64,000 bases of DNA, taken from a virus. Location: the IMG/VR virus record IMGVR_UViG_3300032893_002193, positions 16,058 to 80,057 of that record; one strand, 5' to 3'. Both the position numbers and the translations under genes were made by a program. The notes under the pieces are model-generated. The model made no database searches and was not told where the DNA came from. It saw only the letters and a program-made list of their open reading frames with translations. Below are positions 61,355-64,000 of this stretch, one piece after another. Positions within the stretch are counted from its first letter, which is position 1. Each line of letters starts with the position of its first letter.

Positions 61355-61933
61355 ATGAAAGACCTTGAATCACCAGTATCTGCAGCATATCAGAAATTTT
61401 TCGATAGGTTTGCAGAAATAAAAACATTAAATATAGAAGATTGGGAAATAGTTCATATTATTGGATATTTTTGTCAAAAATACCAAGAGCATTATAATGT
61501 TAAGTTTTCTTTTAAATTTAATAATACCGCCCCATCTAAATCATATGAAGTATTTCAAATTAAAAGAATATCGCAAATGTTAAGTTCAGATCCAATTATA
61601 TTAAAAAAATATATAGATTGGATTTTTGAAAAGAAAGTTATTGAGAGAAAAAAAAGAATTACATCTTTAGGATATCTTGGAAATATGGATTTAATTAATG
61701 ATTTTAAATTTAAGTATATGATTAATGAGCCGGCAAAATTAGACAGGACGACACTATTATCAGAAAAGTTTTTAAATATAGTTAAAGAATATAATGATGA
61801 TGCTCTTACATACGGAGACCTGTCGTTTGTTAAAAAACTAAACGACTCCTCTCCCTCTGATAAAAATAATGAAATGTTTGATAATTTAAGAAAAAATGGA
61901 TTTAATTTAAATATTCTGGATGAGATAAAATGA
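61355..61933 (+). CDS. Hypothetical protein (replication region)
   Basis: ORF downstream of the sigma70-type promoter; ATGA overlap with the next gene. Confidence 0.6.
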   Translation: MKDLESPVSAAYQKFFDRFAEIKTLNIEDWEIVHIIGYFCQKYQEHYNVKFSFKFNNTAPSKSYEVFQIKRISQMLSSDPIILKKYIDWIFEKKVIERKKRITSLGYLGNMDLINDFKFKYMINEPAKLDRTTLLSEKFLNIVKEYNDDALTYGDLSFVKKLNDSSPSDKNNEMFDNLRKNGFNLNILDEIK

Positions 61934-62388
61934 TACCGCAAGAAGGTCAGCAAATAATAGTAATTTTTAGAAATGGGTTGCAAATTTCCGGAGAGGTGTT
62001 AAATTGGTCTGATGGAAAGTCAACGCTAAAAACTATGTCTGGTTCATCTGTCATGGTAATTAACGATACAAAGTCAGATGTAATGGTATATAAGATATTT
62101 AATAATACCAAAGAAACTTTTGAAGAGATTAAAGAAAAAGTACCGAAGCAACAAGAAGACATAAAACAATTAGCTGAATTAAGAAAAGAACTTAACGAAT
62201 TAGAAAAAGAAGAAATAAGGGAAAAATTAAATACTCACCAACCGACATTAACGAGGCAGAATTACTATGGACTACCACACTCAAATATTAAGATCGAGGG
62301 TAATCAGAAACATCCCGGAAAAAAAATTGAATCAAAAAATAATAGAATACATAGGGAATTGCAAAACCTGTTCAACAAAAAACATTAG
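61930..62388 (+). CDS. Hypothetical protein with small beta-barrel N-terminus and coiled coil
   Basis: 152-aa ORF with coupled start; overlaps the next gene by 122 bp. Confidence 0.5.
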   Translation: MIPQEGQQIIVIFRNGLQISGEVLNWSDGKSTLKTMSGSSVMVINDTKSDVMVYKIFNNTKETFEEIKEKVPKQQEDIKQLAELRKELNELEKEEIREKLNTHQPTLTRQNYYGLPHSNIKIEGNQKHPGKKIESKNNRIHRELQNLFNKKH

Positions 62389-63046
62389 AAATATCGCCGA
62401 TATTCATAAGGGACTTTGCAAGAATTGTTCTGTAATGTTAATTGCCTATAATAGATATTTTGAATCAAATATTCCGGTTGATTATTGGGATCTTGATATG
62501 CCTGATTCTTTGACCGGTGATAGGAAAAGTTTCTCGGGGTCAGAGGAGCTATTGAAAATATATTTGTCAATAACCAATGATATAGGCAAAATATATAGTA
62601 CCGGTAAATCAGCTTGTCTTGCCGGAAAAAATGGAACCGGTAAAACACTAACTCTTTCAAATGTTTTAAAAAAGGCAGCACAAAAAAATTATGGATGTCT
62701 ATATACTACATTAAGTGATATTGTTGCAGTCTTAACAGATGCTCCGCACGAAGAAAAATTTATAGCAAGACAAGAATTAATGCTGCAAGATTTTTTGGTG
62801 ATAGATGAATTTGATCCAAGATATAGTCCAACAGAAATTAGTGCCGATCTTTTTGGAAGAACTCTTGAGCATGTGATTAGAACAAGAATACAAAATGGTC
62901 TTCCTACTTTTCTGTGCACAAATTCTCCTAATCCAATAGAAACATTCAATGGAGCCGTAAAGCAGGCATTAGAGAGTTTAATGGCAAGAATTAAGATTAT
63001 TCCAGTTTTCGGAAAAGATTTTAGAAAAGAGCAGGGATCAAAATGA
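62267..63046 (+). CDS. DnaC/IstB-like AAA+ ATPase (helicase loader)
   Basis: CKTC...CKNC Zn site, Walker A GKNGTGKT, Walker B FLVIDEF, R...LPTFLCTN, GKDFR. Confidence 0.8.
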   Translation: MDYHTQILRSRVIRNIPEKKLNQKIIEYIGNCKTCSTKNIRNIADIHKGLCKNCSVMLIAYNRYFESNIPVDYWDLDMPDSLTGDRKSFSGSEELLKIYLSITNDIGKIYSTGKSACLAGKNGTGKTLTLSNVLKKAAQKNYGCLYTTLSDIVAVLTDAPHEEKFIARQELMLQDFLVIDEFDPRYSPTEISADLFGRTLEHVIRTRIQNGLPTFLCTNSPNPIETFNGAVKQALESLMARIKIIPVFGKDFRKEQGSK

Positions 63047-64000
63047 AAAATCTATTAATGTGTGGCGACAATCTGTTAATAATGAAAAAAATAATAAAAG
63101 AATATCAAAATAAAGTAGATTTAATTTACATAGACCCTCCATATAATACTGGTAAAATTATGGGTAAGTATAATGATAATTTTAAATCTCATAATGAATG
63201 GATTTCTTTCATGAAGCCGCGATTAGAACTGGCAAAAGATTTTTTATCAGAATCGGGCGTGATATTTATTAGTATAGGAGAAAAAGAAGAGGCTCATTTA
63301 AAACTATTATGTGATGATATTTTTGGAGAAAATAATAAACTATCCACAATTATATGGCAGTGTAAACACACTGTGTCAAATGACAAAAAAAGCGGTATTA
63401 GTTCTCAAACAGAATATATATTGCTTTATGCAAAGAATATTAAAGAGGCGAAAATAAATCCTGAACCATTAAATGAAGAATATGTCAAAAAAATGTATAA
63501 AAATATAGATAATGACCCTCGTGGCCCATGGAGGGGCGGGGTTCAATTATATAAAAAAAAGAATAAAGAAAAATATACTGTTATTTCCCCTACTGGCAAA
63601 AAATGGACAATGCCTTGGAATTATTCCAGAGAAAGCTGGAACAATAAGCTTGTCAAAAATGATTTAATTTACTGGGGTAAAGACGGGTATTCTTGCCCAG
63701 TAAAAAAAGTTTTTCTAAAAGATAATAAGGGCACAATAATTAAAAATTTATGGTTAGGAAAGGAAGCTGGGTATACGGCAGATGGCGGAGATCTGTTGGA
63801 AGAAATGCTTGGTAATAGGAATGATTTTTTATATCCCAAACCATTAAAATTAATGAAAAAAATTATAAAAATCGGTTCTAGTGATAATTCCTTAGTTATG
63901 GATTTTTTTGCCGGAAGCGGAACATTTGGACACGCAGTTTTAACAATAAATTACGAAGAAAAAACAAATAGGAGATTTATATTAATATCTAATAATGATA
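63043..64000 (+). CDS. Amino-DNA methyltransferase, beta class (type III Mod-like), 3'-truncated
   Basis: Not in the ORF track. ATG 63043 reads MKNLLMCGDNL...DLIYIDPPYNTG...WISFMKPRL...YPKPLKL...MDFFAGSGT and runs off the window. Confidence 0.9.
   Translation, partial: MKNLLMCGDNLLIMKKIIKEYQNKVDLIYIDPPYNTGKIMGKYNDNFKSHNEWISFMKPRLELAKDFLSESGVIFISIGEKEEAHLKLLCDDIFGENNKLSTIIWQCKHTVSNDKKSGISSQTEYILLYAKNIKEAKINPEPLNEEYVKKMYKNIDNDPRGPWRGGVQLYKKKNKEKYTVISPTGKKWTMPWNYSRESWNNKLVKNDLIYWGKDGYSCPVKKVFLKDNKGTIIKNLWLGKEAGYTADGGDLLEEMLGNRNDFLYPKPLKLMKKIIKIGSSDNSLVMDFFAGSGTFGHAVLTINYEEKTNRRFILISNND

Overview
AT-rich, densely coded window with essentially all real genes on the + strand. It looks like the virion morphogenesis region of a large (probably jumbo) contractile-tailed bacteriophage. 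Gene order: head-tail/neck proteins with three Lys/Glu-rich non-structural-looking genes among them (two HExxH zincins and a 971-aa protein); a beta-helix tailspike, holin and large fibre proteins; then tail terminator, sheath, tube, a frameshifted G/GT chaperone pair, tape measure, tube initiator, hub, spike, a multi-TM protein, gp25-like, baseplate J-like, a giant wedge/LamG protein, a dockerin-containing protein and a 9x Ig protein. Next comes a glycosylation cluster (GT4, two GT2, RmlB-like dehydratase) interrupted by a TM + coiled-coil + beta-barrel protein. The window ends with a tubulin/FtsZ-family GTPase, GH25 endolysin, SF2 helicase, DnaC-like loader and a partial Mod-like DNA methyltransferase. 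Most notable unexplained signal: the tripeptide Asp-Gly-Tyr occurs 26 times (hand count, including tandem copies) in 10 virion proteins next to the glycosyltransferase cluster, suggesting a motif-directed virion modification system. Other highlights: a possible inverted single-chain spanin, a novel ATA-N5-GCAT late-promoter-like motif, an (AT)18 tract at a promoter, and surface domains shared between different tail proteins. All protein calls come from motif recognition and synteny; no database search was run.
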